DNA of 49,628 nt, filler included, from Sphacelaria rigidula (taxonomy: Eukaryota): the NCBI GenBank assembly GCA_964200075.2. It is 3 parts of 3 records of this genome, joined end to end, with 100 filler letters (N's around TTAATTAATTAA, not from the genome) between each part and the next. Parts side by side here need not be neighbours in the genome. Positions count along the whole stretch, not along the records: positions 1 to 16,476 come from CAXNAA020001342.1; 2 more parts are not named here. One strand, 5' to 3'. The notes under the pieces are model-generated. The model had not been told where the DNA came from. It saw only the letters and a list, made by a program, of their open reading frames with translations, and did no database searches. Positions 1 to 12,300 of the stretch are shown here, piece after piece. The translations under genes were made by a program, and so were the position numbers. Positions within the stretch are counted from its first letter, which is position 1; the number at the start of each line of letters is the position of its first letter.

Positions 1-200
1 AAGGCTCGTATAAACATAACGGACTTTACTTATGGGACAGAGGAAGTATGTATTATTGTAGCGAAAGTACACGACAAAAACATGAAGAATATTCCCGACA
101 AAAAGAGAAACATGGGAAACCGCCAAGCAGAATCAACACCTTCACCAGGTCTAGTTTTACTTCTTACGCCTAAATCCCGCTAGTTTTACAGGTACAGCAC

Positions 201-1784
201 CTGAGGGGAGTACACCCTAGACCAATCTCGGCGCATGGCGTCCCTTGCGATCTCTCTAGCCTTCCAGTTTCGATACAACTGTTGGATCTTGTGTGCGGCT
301 TGCTCCGAGGTGAGGAACGGGCGCAGCTCCTCTCTACCCAGTAGCCGGGGTTTCCTCCATGTTACCTGTCAATTGATCTCCCCTGACATGTTTAGTTTTT
401 CGAAAGTCTGATGAAGTATGTCGAATTCACAGGTTAAATGCAAGTCAGTCTACTGAACATCGAAAACGCTGCTCACCCGTGCTTTGACAAGGCTAAAAAC
501 GCTCCGGCGAATGATCAACTGCAAACTGTCCGCAGCAATTGGAAAATGGCATGGAGAACTGGACGCTACCCTCAATTAGAAAACGAACGTGCACATACTT
601 GATATGCCTCCTGTGCCCAATGGTATGCATGGAAGTGTGTTATCGATTCCCGTTGAATAGTCGGGGGAGTAATGTTGCCCAGCTGCCCGCATTCCACCTC
701 GGAAACGGCTAAAACACAACCACCTACCGCACTTCAACCGGGAAACGCGGCAAGCAGTATTCCGAAAGCAGAGACGTGAATTTTTCATATGCGCTCGGCA
801 TACCTCCTGTGTTCTATGGAATACGTAGAAGTGCTGCTTGGTTTTGCCGTCGAACAGTCGGGTGTATTGCTGCCTTACATCCTCCCGCATGCGCGTACGA
901 TGGTGCATGAATCGCATAAAGCCCTTGATTCTGAAGCAAGCTCCAGGAATATCCAACAGCGACACCTGTTCTCGACACCGAAAAGAAGGGACAACGATAA
1001 TAACACGACTGGTGTTGAAAAGTAGAAGCAGTGTAATGTTTTCGAACATTGTATATATATACTTCTTGATACTTCTTGAAGTATATATACGGTTGTCCCC
1101 GCGGAAAAAAAGCCGGCCGGAAATAACTTAGACTCCACGAATTCGAATTATTCGAGGTGGTAGGCACGGGGGAGTCGACGCAGTAGCAATGGCAAATGGA
1201 CCGCATGATGTCCTTTCATGGTCAAGGCAGCAAGGATCCCTACCTGCTTCTATGGCAAAAAGCGTAATTAACAGGACAACACGAGTTTTGCGGCTATGCT
1301 GGATTTTCGACAACAGTTCAGCTAATGCTGTCAACATCAAGTGTTCTGATGCCTCCGCCACGGTGGGCACAACGTGCCCTAAGATTTAAAGAGGTTCTTT
1401 GACCGAGTATCGGTGGGTAAAGTAAAACGATATTGATCCATTTTTTGCCGTGTGGATGCGGGTCGCGTGTATGTGACCTGCTTCAAGTGAACGCTACGAA
1501 GAAGCGCAACCGTATCCCCGATACGGGCATGTTGTGGGGAATTGGCACACAAGATAACGGGAAAGGCCCGGGACAAAATGCTGAAGAGGCCATCAGCGCG
1601 TTCGCACTCTAACCTTCTGCCGGACGTGATCTTTGTACTCGATTGTCTTCGCGCCCCCGCTTTCGTGCCTGTAGGTGTCGCAGCTGTCGCACATGAAGCC
1701 ACATACCTGATCTGGGCAATGGTATGTTGCAGGACCTGCCTCGCAGAATTCACAAACTTTACGAACGTTTCCAGCGCGGGGCAT
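201..1784 (-). CDS. B-box zinc finger + IQ-like + WW-like repeat protein, 3'-partial. Exons 1784-1614, 965-804, 365-201; continues off the left end
   Basis: Exon 1 MPRAGNVRKVCEFCEAGPATYHCPDQVCGFMCDSCDTYRH...DHVRQK has B-box Cys/His spacing. All three exons join in phase 0 at GT-AG sites. Exons 2-3 give RIKGFMRFMHHR (IQ-like), YTRLFDGKTKQHFYVFHRTQE|VTWRKP (WW-like), AAHKIQQLYRNWKAR (IQ) and DWSRVYSPQ (start of the next WW). Confidence 0.85.
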
Positions 1785-3396
1785 TGTACGTTGCAACCAA
1801 GTTGCATATCATCGCCACACGCAGAGGTGCCGATTTTGAGCGAGCAGCAAGGGCGGTAGGGGTGTTGGGTTACTATTACAAATGCTCCGCGTTTGACCGA
1901 CCATCTACGCATGTTAATTGGTGTCCTGTAGGGTAAAACCGCCGCCAGTGCAGGGAGACTTTTCGAGGGATGATGTTTGGGATTGTGCGCTCTCATCGGC
2001 TTTTTTTTTCACTGCAATCCCCTGCGTTTTTGGGACACTGCTGATCAGCACAGTATCCTACCCCACATGACTGCCACGCGGCAGTCTGGCCGACCCTCCA
2101 GGTGATCGACACACGAACCCGCTTGCGGGGTAAGTGTTGGGTCAGGTTTCCTTCTTGGGGAAAAAAAAAAGGTACATACTATCGTGGATAAACCGACAAA
2201 ACTGCGCTGAACGGGGGTGTTCATTAGTCCCGTGTATGCACGAATCTCACGGAAATACAAAGCACCTGACACAGGGAGAGCGATGCACTGTTTGGCAATT
2301 TGTTGAAAAATATGATACTGTGCTGTACTGTTATGGTACTGGTAGCCTGTGATGGGATTTCGGAACAACTCCTGTACATGGACGACCGCAAACATGAGCG
2401 CAAAGCAAAAAAGCACTAAACAACCAAATGCCAAGGAATCACCAGTAAAGCAGCAGGGACATGAGTAACGTGTAGGAAGCGCAAGCGGTGGGGATGTAGC
2501 TCGTCGCTACCGGCTACTGCTGTAGCATGCACAACTTCTCGCAATCAAGCATCGTTCGACTTGTGCCGCTTTCACGGGTACTCGTCCTACAATTCTGTGT
2601 GAAAACACATCAAACACACATCAATAGTAAACTGACAACTCACGTTTGCCATACTCGTACACAACGCCGTTGGCGTGCAAGTGCAGCTCGATCTCGAGTT
2701 TTCGATGACGGGATACTCCGTCAGACGTGTTCGTAATCGGAGGAGGCATGGCCTTGCTGGAATATTGAACCTCTTGTTGATGTACTCTCTACTGATGCAG
2801 TACTGACTATACCCCACGGTCAATCCGGCTGCGAGAACGCCGTGCGGTGCAATTCAATTTCGCCGCATCTAGCTAACAGCCACGTTCATGTTGCTCATAC
2901 CAGCATGAATTCTGTCTCACAGCTCAGACTGCTGCGTTGTATCGTGACACCGACGTCTTGAAAGCTTAGAGTGTACACCAGAACTACGCGCACCAGGGAA
3001 GGATCCCCGCACAGTCTATAGAAATTGTCTTCTGGGACAAGAAGGTGGTCGTTTAGGGACAATACGGCACCATTTTCTTGTCTCGGGAGTGCAGAATAAT
3101 ACTACTTGACGGTATATCCGATACACCCGAAGCTGGTGGGCACATATGCTTGGAACGACAAGGCAGCCACAAAACATGTCGTTGTATGAAGCAGAGAGTG
3201 TGGCCCTTACTGAAGAATGAGCATGTGGTTGAAGAGGAACAAACCCGAGGTGTCGCTACTATAATGACGCATCAAGACACGACAGCTCGTGGACGCAACA
3301 AGGTCAACAACACAGTGCACCGCTACTTCTGTGTACTGTGTACCCCACAGGAGCACTTGAGCATGGAATGATACGTGCACTCGTGTTGGCTACAGT

Positions 3397-6300
3397 ATGT
3401 GTACCCCGCGAGAACGAGGACCTCCGCCGTGTGCCAAGCACTATGACATGAGTGGTGTGGCACATCAGGTTCCTACTCGCATTGCTGGTAATGTAATTCC
3501 AGCTTCTGCTCAACAACAAGGGACTCATGATGATGGTCGAGTTACGGCAGGTGCCCGCCACGTTGAAGCCTCCGAGAGTGCGCCCTCTCTCGTCCAGCAC
3601 ACGACGCCAGAGGACACTCTGCATGTGGACGGCACCACCGGAGATGAAGAGCATCAGCTGGTCTTTCCTATCACATCGGCTCCTGTCACAGTAGGTCCAG
3701 CAACTTCGTCCTTGCGAAAGCAAGCGCTGTCGGCGCAAAGTGAACTCGCGAGGATTCAGGTTGTGGTGCGCATACGCCCTACTCACGACCCAACGGCGTC
3801 CAGGTGATGGACAGAGGCACAACTGTATTATTAGTCCCTCCCCCAGTCGGATTTCCCGCCTCTAGGTTTCGGTGGAATAAGAGAATTTCACGCGTGAAAA
3901 AAGGTGCTTCGTGCACCTCGTTATTTTGTTAGTGGGTTTGCTTGTCCCAGATCTCATTCAATGAGACGTCGGCAACTCCAAGGTTCTGCGCGTTGTCACG
4001 TGTTGCTTGTTCGACTGCTGGGGCGACTTCGGTGGCCGAGAACAATTGCCTGATCATAATACCAATAAATTGTGTATATGCTTTTGCAGACGGATTTCGC
4101 CTGTAATTTGTGTGGCCAAAATCGTACCGACGCCAGGTCACGTTTTGGCACAGGATTTTGAATTCGAGTTGCTGCCCGCAAGGCCGCCGGACCAGGATAC
4201 CGATGGTGCAATGCACAACGCTCGGGATAGGCTTACTCTGAATGGCGGTCAAACCTAGGTTAACGAAGAGACTGCGAAGTGTTTTTCGCGTGCACCAGTG
4301 TCATATGAAGCATGGAAAAGTACGGTGCCATCGTTCATGATTGGGTGAGGATAGCACCTCGTCACGATTCTCAAGTCCCCTATCGGAAGTAGTCTGTTGT
4401 TCAAGCATAGTAGAGTGCGTCAAAGGACTGCACTACAGGAGGTAGGTCGGTAATGGCACGGTCGGCTATTTGCATTAGTATGCATACCTTCCCTCAGGTG
4501 TTACGACATGCTGGCTGTGGCTACCCTCATCGAATGGTATCGGTCAACCTTTCATGGATACTCAGTATACCTACCGTCAATTGTGTTATGTGTCGGGCGG
4601 GGCACCCCAGCAGATGTTTTCCAACCGTCACGTATCTTTACCCTCAAAAATGTTTTAACAGGACAACAAAAGCCCTTCCGGATGGAAAGACGCTACGGCT
4701 ACAGACAGCACCACCTAAAGGAAGCAAGAAGCCGCTAGATCAGCGGAGGGTCAGGAAGGATAGTCGATGTAACAAGGAGCTAGAAATATCTCTTGATCGA
4801 GTGCTAGACGAGGGCTCACGACAAGGCGAAGTCTACGATCAAGTGAAATCATGTGTGCTCGCTCCGTTCCACGGTGTAAATGCTTGCATATTCGCTTACG
4901 GTCAAACGGGTTCTGGTAAAACATACACCATGACCGGCGGAAACCACACGGTGTCTTCGTCAAACACCATAGCAGCAGAATCACAGCAACAGCAACAACA
5001 GCAGTACCAACAGCAACAACAGCTACGACAACAACAATCCGAGTATGCCACCGTATCCAAAGATGTCGCCATGCGTTCGCAACAACAAGAACCCAAAGAT
5101 TCGCCGCAAAACGAGAGGGCAGACGATCTAGCGTGCGCGACTTTGAACGAACACCATGGTCATCAAGGAGGGGATCTTACTACCCTTGTTGATAACGATG
5201 ATACTAGAGAAGACGACGGGATTATTCCCCGTGCAGTTCAAGACGTGTTTCGTCACGCGCGGAAGCACCAGGGGCGCAACTATTTCTTTGATGACATCGC
5301 CCCTGAAACTGCTGAGTCGCCACAATATCATCGTGGGCAACGCCTAGGGTCTTCAGCTGCTACTGATGACGATCCCCACATTACTCAGGGAGCCTTTTTG
5401 GCCTCCGAAGCATCCAAAGAAGGCGGGAGTAGCGGTGACACACTCAAACTCACCGGCGATCCAAGAACAGCGTCTGCTATGGGGGCACCTGGTAATTACC
5501 CAGCAGACAAGAATGCGAACACTGAAGCCAGAATAAAGAGTACGAGTGGGCCACGCGTGGGGATTGTGGGAGAATTGCAGCAACGTCAATGTGCCGTGGA
5601 ATTCTCGTACATGGAGGTGAGCACCCGACGTAGGAACATCAGCATGGCCGGGATGAAGTCCTGAGGTGATGCAAATCGTGTGGCGTTCTTGTCTTTCCGC
5701 GGGCAAAACTTCGGAAGAAGAGACAAGCCATCCCCGATCCTCCGAGGTCGGTCAGTCAACAATGGCTCCGCTCCGAAAAGCTCGTTTCAGGTTTGTCATC
5801 TAGTACAACGAGCACAACGACATTGGGGCGAGCTTTTCTGATGCCCTTTGTTCCTGTATGATTCTTCGAGCTCCAACCGATCCATTCGACTCTACTCTCT
5901 TGGATGATATGAAATAAATGCCACCGAAAACCACATCGCAGGTATACAACGGTCGCGTTTACGATCTCCTGGCCGTCGACAATAACTGCGGTCTGCTGCG
6001 ACCACTTCCCGTCCGTCACTCCACGGCAGACGCGACTCATGATCCAGTAGACAACCCGGAGAGTGCGGCAGCGAGCGAAGATGATTTTCCGAGTAGCAAC
6101 AGCGGCAGAGCGGCGAGGCGACATTCCGTATCGAATGGCGATGGCGTTTGTGTGGTCGGGCTATCCTCTCATCGTGTGGAAGGTTCACAGCAGGTGAACA
6201 AAAACACGTTTGCCGCACTGCTTTCCATTTGTTCCAGGCCAACCCCGCTCCTTGCGCTCGTTTCCTGTATGAGCCGAGAGCGAAATGTCATTTATTTCCG

Positions 6301-9300
6301 ACGCTTACACTTTGTTTTCGACAATTGGATTGTTTCCATTTTCCTTACACGTTCTCCGCGACTTGTAGCAGAAACAAGAATATATGGTCGAAGAACTGGG
6401 GGAAAAGACGGAGGTCAAAAATGTTCTATATCGCCCTTACAGTAGAGAGGGGAAAATGCAATCATGACGCAACAAATATCTGAACCTTATTCCAGCCACG
6501 CCCATCCATCGCTGAACGCCGGAGGAGGAAGAGCCAAGAGTGATATCTTAATCCGAGGACATTTTGAGACTATTTCTCCTCTCCGCGCTTCTCATCGAAG
6601 TACCCGTTCGCTTCGTTGTCGGGACGTGTTGAACAGTAATAGACCCCCCCCGCCTTCGTGCCCTTCTGCCGTTACGCGTCTCAGGTGATGAAACTTCTTC
6701 TACAAGGGGAACAACGTCGCCGCGTGAGGGCCACTGAGCCGAACGCAACCAGCAGTCGCAGTCACACCATCGTGGAGCTGACGATAACGAAAACGATCAG
6801 CGCACGCACTGCGTACACGTCCGGCCGCCAAGCCGACAACTCTGGTACCCAAGCCGCCGAATGTCCCGTCCATCGTACTTCTACGCACAATTGCTGCTTC
6901 GCTGGTGGCGCCAGTTGTGATCGTTGCGATGGTGCCAGTTCCCGTCCCACGTGTGGTTTTAGTAACAGCTCTGCTGATGGTAGTTGCGGTGAGCCTGGGG
7001 AAGTTATTGCTTCTGGTACACCTACTACAGGGGGTGACGACGAGAGTCAAACAAGACCTGCAGGCGCTAAGTACGACTTCGGAGTTGTCAACAAGGCGGA
7101 GGAAAGGTCGGGAAAAGATTTCGGAGACCGATCCTCAGGAGGTTCCCCCTCGCAAGAATCGATGACAACACGTGCGAAGCTCAGTCTTGTGGATTTGGCG
7201 GGGAGCGAAAAAGGTAAGCCGTCCAACGACAGCGAGGGTCCAAAACACGGAAACGTTTGTTCGTGTTCCCCGGGAACTGTGCATCCGGTGATGGTTCTCC
7301 ATCTGAATTTGTCTGCGCTGAAAAGCCCAGCCCTTCTAGTGCCATGGTAGCACGAATAGATATAGTATCGTGTGTGAAATGAGTTAGACCACGGTGCTAC
7401 CGCGGAGAGGAAATGCCCGCGTTGTCCATTATCCAAAGAGGTTTTGTACTCGGTATCCCAAATCGCTTCTTGTCGCCGTACGAGACAGGTGATGGGGGAG
7501 GAGCGGCAGCTTGGCACCGCTGCTCAGAGGCGGAGGAGCAAGAAAGGGAGCGTGCGAAAATCAATTCAAGCCTTAGTGCGTTGTCGAATTGCATATCGTG
7601 TCTCGGTGAGGCTGGCAGAAGGCATGTGCCGTTTCGGGACAATTCTTTGACAAGGTAGGGTTCTACTGCTACACTTCTTGTACGGAAGCGTAATAGCTGC
7701 TGGTTTTAAATTCCGAGCCCCCGCTTTCCGGAGAGGGGAAATTAGCACCCCCGTTATTGTGCAACACCGATGCGCAGAAACACGGCCTCTGTATCCGTCT
7801 CGTTGACGCACGCTGGTGTGGACATTCGGTTTTTGAAACCACGGTGGGGACCTACCTTGCATGATGTATATTTAGTGCTGGCAAACGTTCACCGCCTTCA
7901 GGCGAAACCCGGCCTTGGTGTGGATTGGGCCCTACCTACCGGTAGAGTAGTGATACGAGCTGGTATCTACAACGGTAAAGAGGGGGAACTCCATAAAATG
8001 GGCTGCCATGGAGTGGAAATGCTATTGTACTGTTGTTGTGTAAATGTGGCACATTAATTCAAGCGTGTACTCACTAGGTTGGGTAGTTCTTTGCCATGGA
8101 CCATCTCCATTGGGGGCAAGAGAACCCTTTTCTACTTAAGGGTGGTCTCGCACGATGGCTCTCGGGACTAATTAGCTGAGGAGGCTGACCTTTTTTTCAA
8201 GTGGAATATGGCCGCATCTGTCTTTGGATGATTCATCCCATCACGCCCTTCGCACGATGCGTCCTCAGGACGTCGAAGCAATGCTGCTGCCCGTTTATCC
8301 TCGAGACACATGACTACAGTGTTTGCCGCGGTGCATGTCGGAGACGGTTACGCACTCTTCTGCACGAGCTTTTTACAAGCGCTACTGTAGTAGACTCCCG
8401 TATATCTTTGTCAGATACACCGCTTGGCTGGACATAGCTTTTGAATTGGTTCATACATTCGGAGTATAATGACATGTTGAGCCCAAGGGTACTGCAGTTC
8501 GAAGCACAAGCGTTTGATCGTAGGAGTTCGACTTGTCTTGAGAATTGCGTACAAACCGTGCGAATTTTAACTAGAAGGCTAAGTCCGATTCCCGCACCCG
8601 TTCTACAGGCTGCTACAGGACCCCCTTTCCAGGGGCAAGACAGTGGTCATCGCAACCATCAACCCTTCCCGAGAAACACAGGTAGAGCCAGTGGGTTTGA
8701 TGTCGATCACGCTTAGGGCAGGTTCTGCGCATACAGTATGCCGCTAGTGGCCCCGCTAGTGGCCGTATAATCGAATAGCTGCGATGCAAACGGGTACTGC
8801 ATGGGTTACGGATAACACGCAGGGACACCCGGCGATTCCTCACTCTCTACGCGCTTGTCCATCGCCTCCTTTGCATGATGCACACCAACATCGGGCGATT
8901 GTCAGGAGGAAAGCATCAGCACCCTCAACTTTGCTGCCAGGTGCATGAGGGTTACCGTACGGCAGAGAGTTCACGAAGTTACGAGTGACGCCGTTCTGCT
9001 ACACCGCGCGAGGCGACAGATATCCTTGCTGCGTCGGCGTCTTCGAGACTTAGAAATCGGATCGTCTTCATCTTTCCAACCCAAGCGTGTACTTTTAGGA
9101 GGCGCTAGGGCGAAAAGCATTGGGTCCACTGCCTGTCCCGCTTCAGAGGACACAAACTCCGACCACCTCTCAGCCGACCACAGGAGCACAACGGGGAGTA
9201 CAAGAACGGCAACTAAACAAAAAAGGGCCCGAGAAGAAGAAGGGGATGCGGTGGATGGCGGTGGCGGTGATATTGATGGGGATGAGAGTGGTAGTAGTAG

Positions 9301-12300
9301 TGGCGACGATGGCGGTGATGGTGGTGATGCAGGCGTTGTTGATGTCGGTGGTGATGGCGACGGCAATGGCGATGGCGGAGATACGACTAGCACATGTTTC
9401 AAATCATGTGTCAAGCGGCGGTTCACGTCCGGTGCCAAAAGGATCCGCGGTAGTGCTCAATCTACAGGATCGGACGCAGACAAAGAAAAATCGCTACTTA
9501 ACCGACATTGTCGCGGTAGGGGTGGCAGCCGAGGCGGTGTTAGCCGTGGCGGGAGTGCGGTCAGGCGTATGAATCATGGCCGAAACATCGCGCTCGTTCA
9601 TCGTGGAGAGGTGGAACATAATGGTGAGGGTCTTGCAACGGCGGCGCTGATAGAGAGGTTTTCCAGCAGAGAAGAAGAACTGCTACGCGAGCTAGAGGCG
9701 TGGAAGACTCGATGTTTGTGCGTCCAGGAGGAGATTTCCGACAATGCTGATAGCCTCGATGTTGTTGGGAAGAGCTCATTTCGGGAACAAAAACATTGCG
9801 TGCTGGAGTCGCCGGGCAATGATGAACGTATTGGTGACGGTAGCCCAGCAGCCGTCGACGAGGCACCAAGCAATACCCTCTCGGACAGGACATGCCCATC
9901 TTGCACTGTAAATAATTGCACTACTACTGCCAGCGCGGCTCCTACAAGTCCCCGCACCAGCGGTCAACGAAAAATTGACGGTGAATCTTCTTGCAGCTGG
10001 GCGAAGAGCTGTTGCAACCAAGTCGTCGACCATCTCACAGGCAGCAGCAGCGGCAGCAGCAGACACGAAATGTCACGTATCGATACCCGCGACGATGACA
10101 AGGGTGGTGAGTACTGCCAGCGCGGAGAAAGTGATCGTGTCAGACCTGTGTTGGAGTCTGGCGGTGCATGGGTGTTGGTTCTGTACGACCTGAATGGGGA
10201 GCAAGAGGGAGATCTCGATTTGAGTTCCGGGGATACCGTTGAGGTGAGAGGTGACCGAGGAGCAGTGCTATGTGAACCGATTGTGAGAGCAGCCGTGCTA
10301 AGTAAGAAGTATAAACACCCATTTCCCAAATACCGCAAGAACAGACCACTCCCTCTCTTACTCTACTGATGTGTGATTAGCCTCTGTCGATGTAGAATCG
10401 ACCCATTTTCTCGAAATATTAAGTGTTAGAGTGGAACGAAGTAGTGAACAAGGAATATTGCATCTCCTCAACATGAGTATAATGCGTTCATCGATCTTCA
10501 CACGAACGTGGTTTCTGATGAGCAAACAAGAGAAACGTTACAACTTTGCACTGCTTCGCTTTGCTCCCACGTTGCTTATTGCGGATCGTGTCTGCTCTCT
10601 CCTCTGGATTCCACTACGGCTGTTTCCGAACGTAACGGCGCAGGTTTTGAGCCGGCGCCCGGATGGATGGTGGTATGGTCGTAGCCAGACTTCCGGTTAC
10701 ATGGGTCTGTTTCCCAGCAACTTCGTTGAACTCATCGACGAAGCGGAACTCCGGTCATTATCAAGCGAGGTCTTAGTGCTGAAGGAAACACTTCCCGCAG
10801 GTTCCGAAAGCTCCGACCCTATTCCGAGCACCTATCGCACACCGAAACCCGGGCATTGTTCTGTCACGGGAAGACACGGAACAAATAGCGATGCCGATGA
10901 ATCTCGGTCATCCCGCTCACCGACAGAGCTATCGGTGACAGATCGAGAGTTCGAAAGTGGCCGCGAAATCAACGCCAGTAGAATACCAGGAACAAATGAT
11001 GGTTGTGGTAGCCGTCCAGCCGTCGGTCGCGTCGCGAGCAGGGCGGTGGGCGAGGCGGGTGGGGTTGCCGATGCCGGTGGCCATCGTGCTGATAATATCA
11101 GCGGTGGCTATCTTCCCGTGCTGTCGACATTTCCAGGAGGTGACTCCGTCCCATCCTCCGGCCACAACTTGAAAGACCATCCTAGTTTATCCCCCGATGT
11201 TGCCTTCGAAGGGGGCAAAAAATGCCAAAGCGTTGCTGGGTTTGCCGGACAGTGGCCTTTTGAGGAGACCATTTTGCAACGGGAGGACGGCGAACTTCGG
11301 AGTTGCAGTGGTTCATCGCCACGCGACCGACGCAGTCGTTCACCTAGCTCCGACGAGGAAGATAGCGCCAGCGCACGCTTGATCAGCTTCAGCTCGGTGG
11401 ATACGTCCGTTCATCACGAGCGACCGACAGGGTTGCCTCAAGAAGATTGCTCTCCTACCCGTCCATGCTCATCCTCAACTGATTCACGCATCCAGAGCGA
11501 TGATCACGACGTGGAAATCGTTCGGGGGGAATTCGGTCAGAAAACACAGCGGATCAGGGGAGCCAGTGCACACACACGGAATCCTTATGGTGCTATCGAT
11601 GCAGAATCCGGTTCTTTCCATGCAACCAGACGTGTCGAAGGGGGGACTACAAGCAAGATGTCCGACCGGGATAACCCGTGTACATCTCCGAAAGGCGGAA
11701 TAGCACTCCCCAAACCCACGGAAACGAGCATCACCGCGACTGTGTCAGCGTTCCAAGCAGAGAACCAGGGGAGAGAGAATCCAGCCCCTCCTTTTCATCC
11801 TCGGGATTGTCAAAATCCTTCGTCACCCACTGCAGTAATCGATGCTCCGACTTTCCACTCTAAAGAACTAGAAGGAAATGGTAATGGGGGGCACGGTTGT
11901 CGTCAACATGGAATTCCCAGCTGCGTACTCTGCGCTGGTACTACCGCCGCTAGCGGTGGACGGCGACTTTATTCATTTCCGAACACCGCATGGGCATCAC
12001 GGTCAGCGATTGGTCAAACCGGGTACTCTACGGATACGACAAATCCCACTAGTGCTAGCAGAAGAGAAGAGGGTACCACGCTCAGTTCCTCTCCTACTAT
12101 CGCCACCGGCACTTTCACTCCGAAGGACAAGGATCAGCATCGACATTACCGGCCAAAGATTCCAAACAACGTTACGGAGATTAACGCTCCCGTCGCCGTC
12201 GCCAGTGATCTATGTGAGCGTCATCTTTTGCCAGACTGTATATTGTGCAAAATGCGGAAGTCGGGGCACCCACTAGGTAGGTCCACCTCTCTTCCCGCAC

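Noticed and set aside
10431-10643. N-terminus of the 1033-aa ORF as a separate gene start
   Set aside because: This part is kinesin intron 7. The SH3 domain is completed only by splicing 10243 to 10644.
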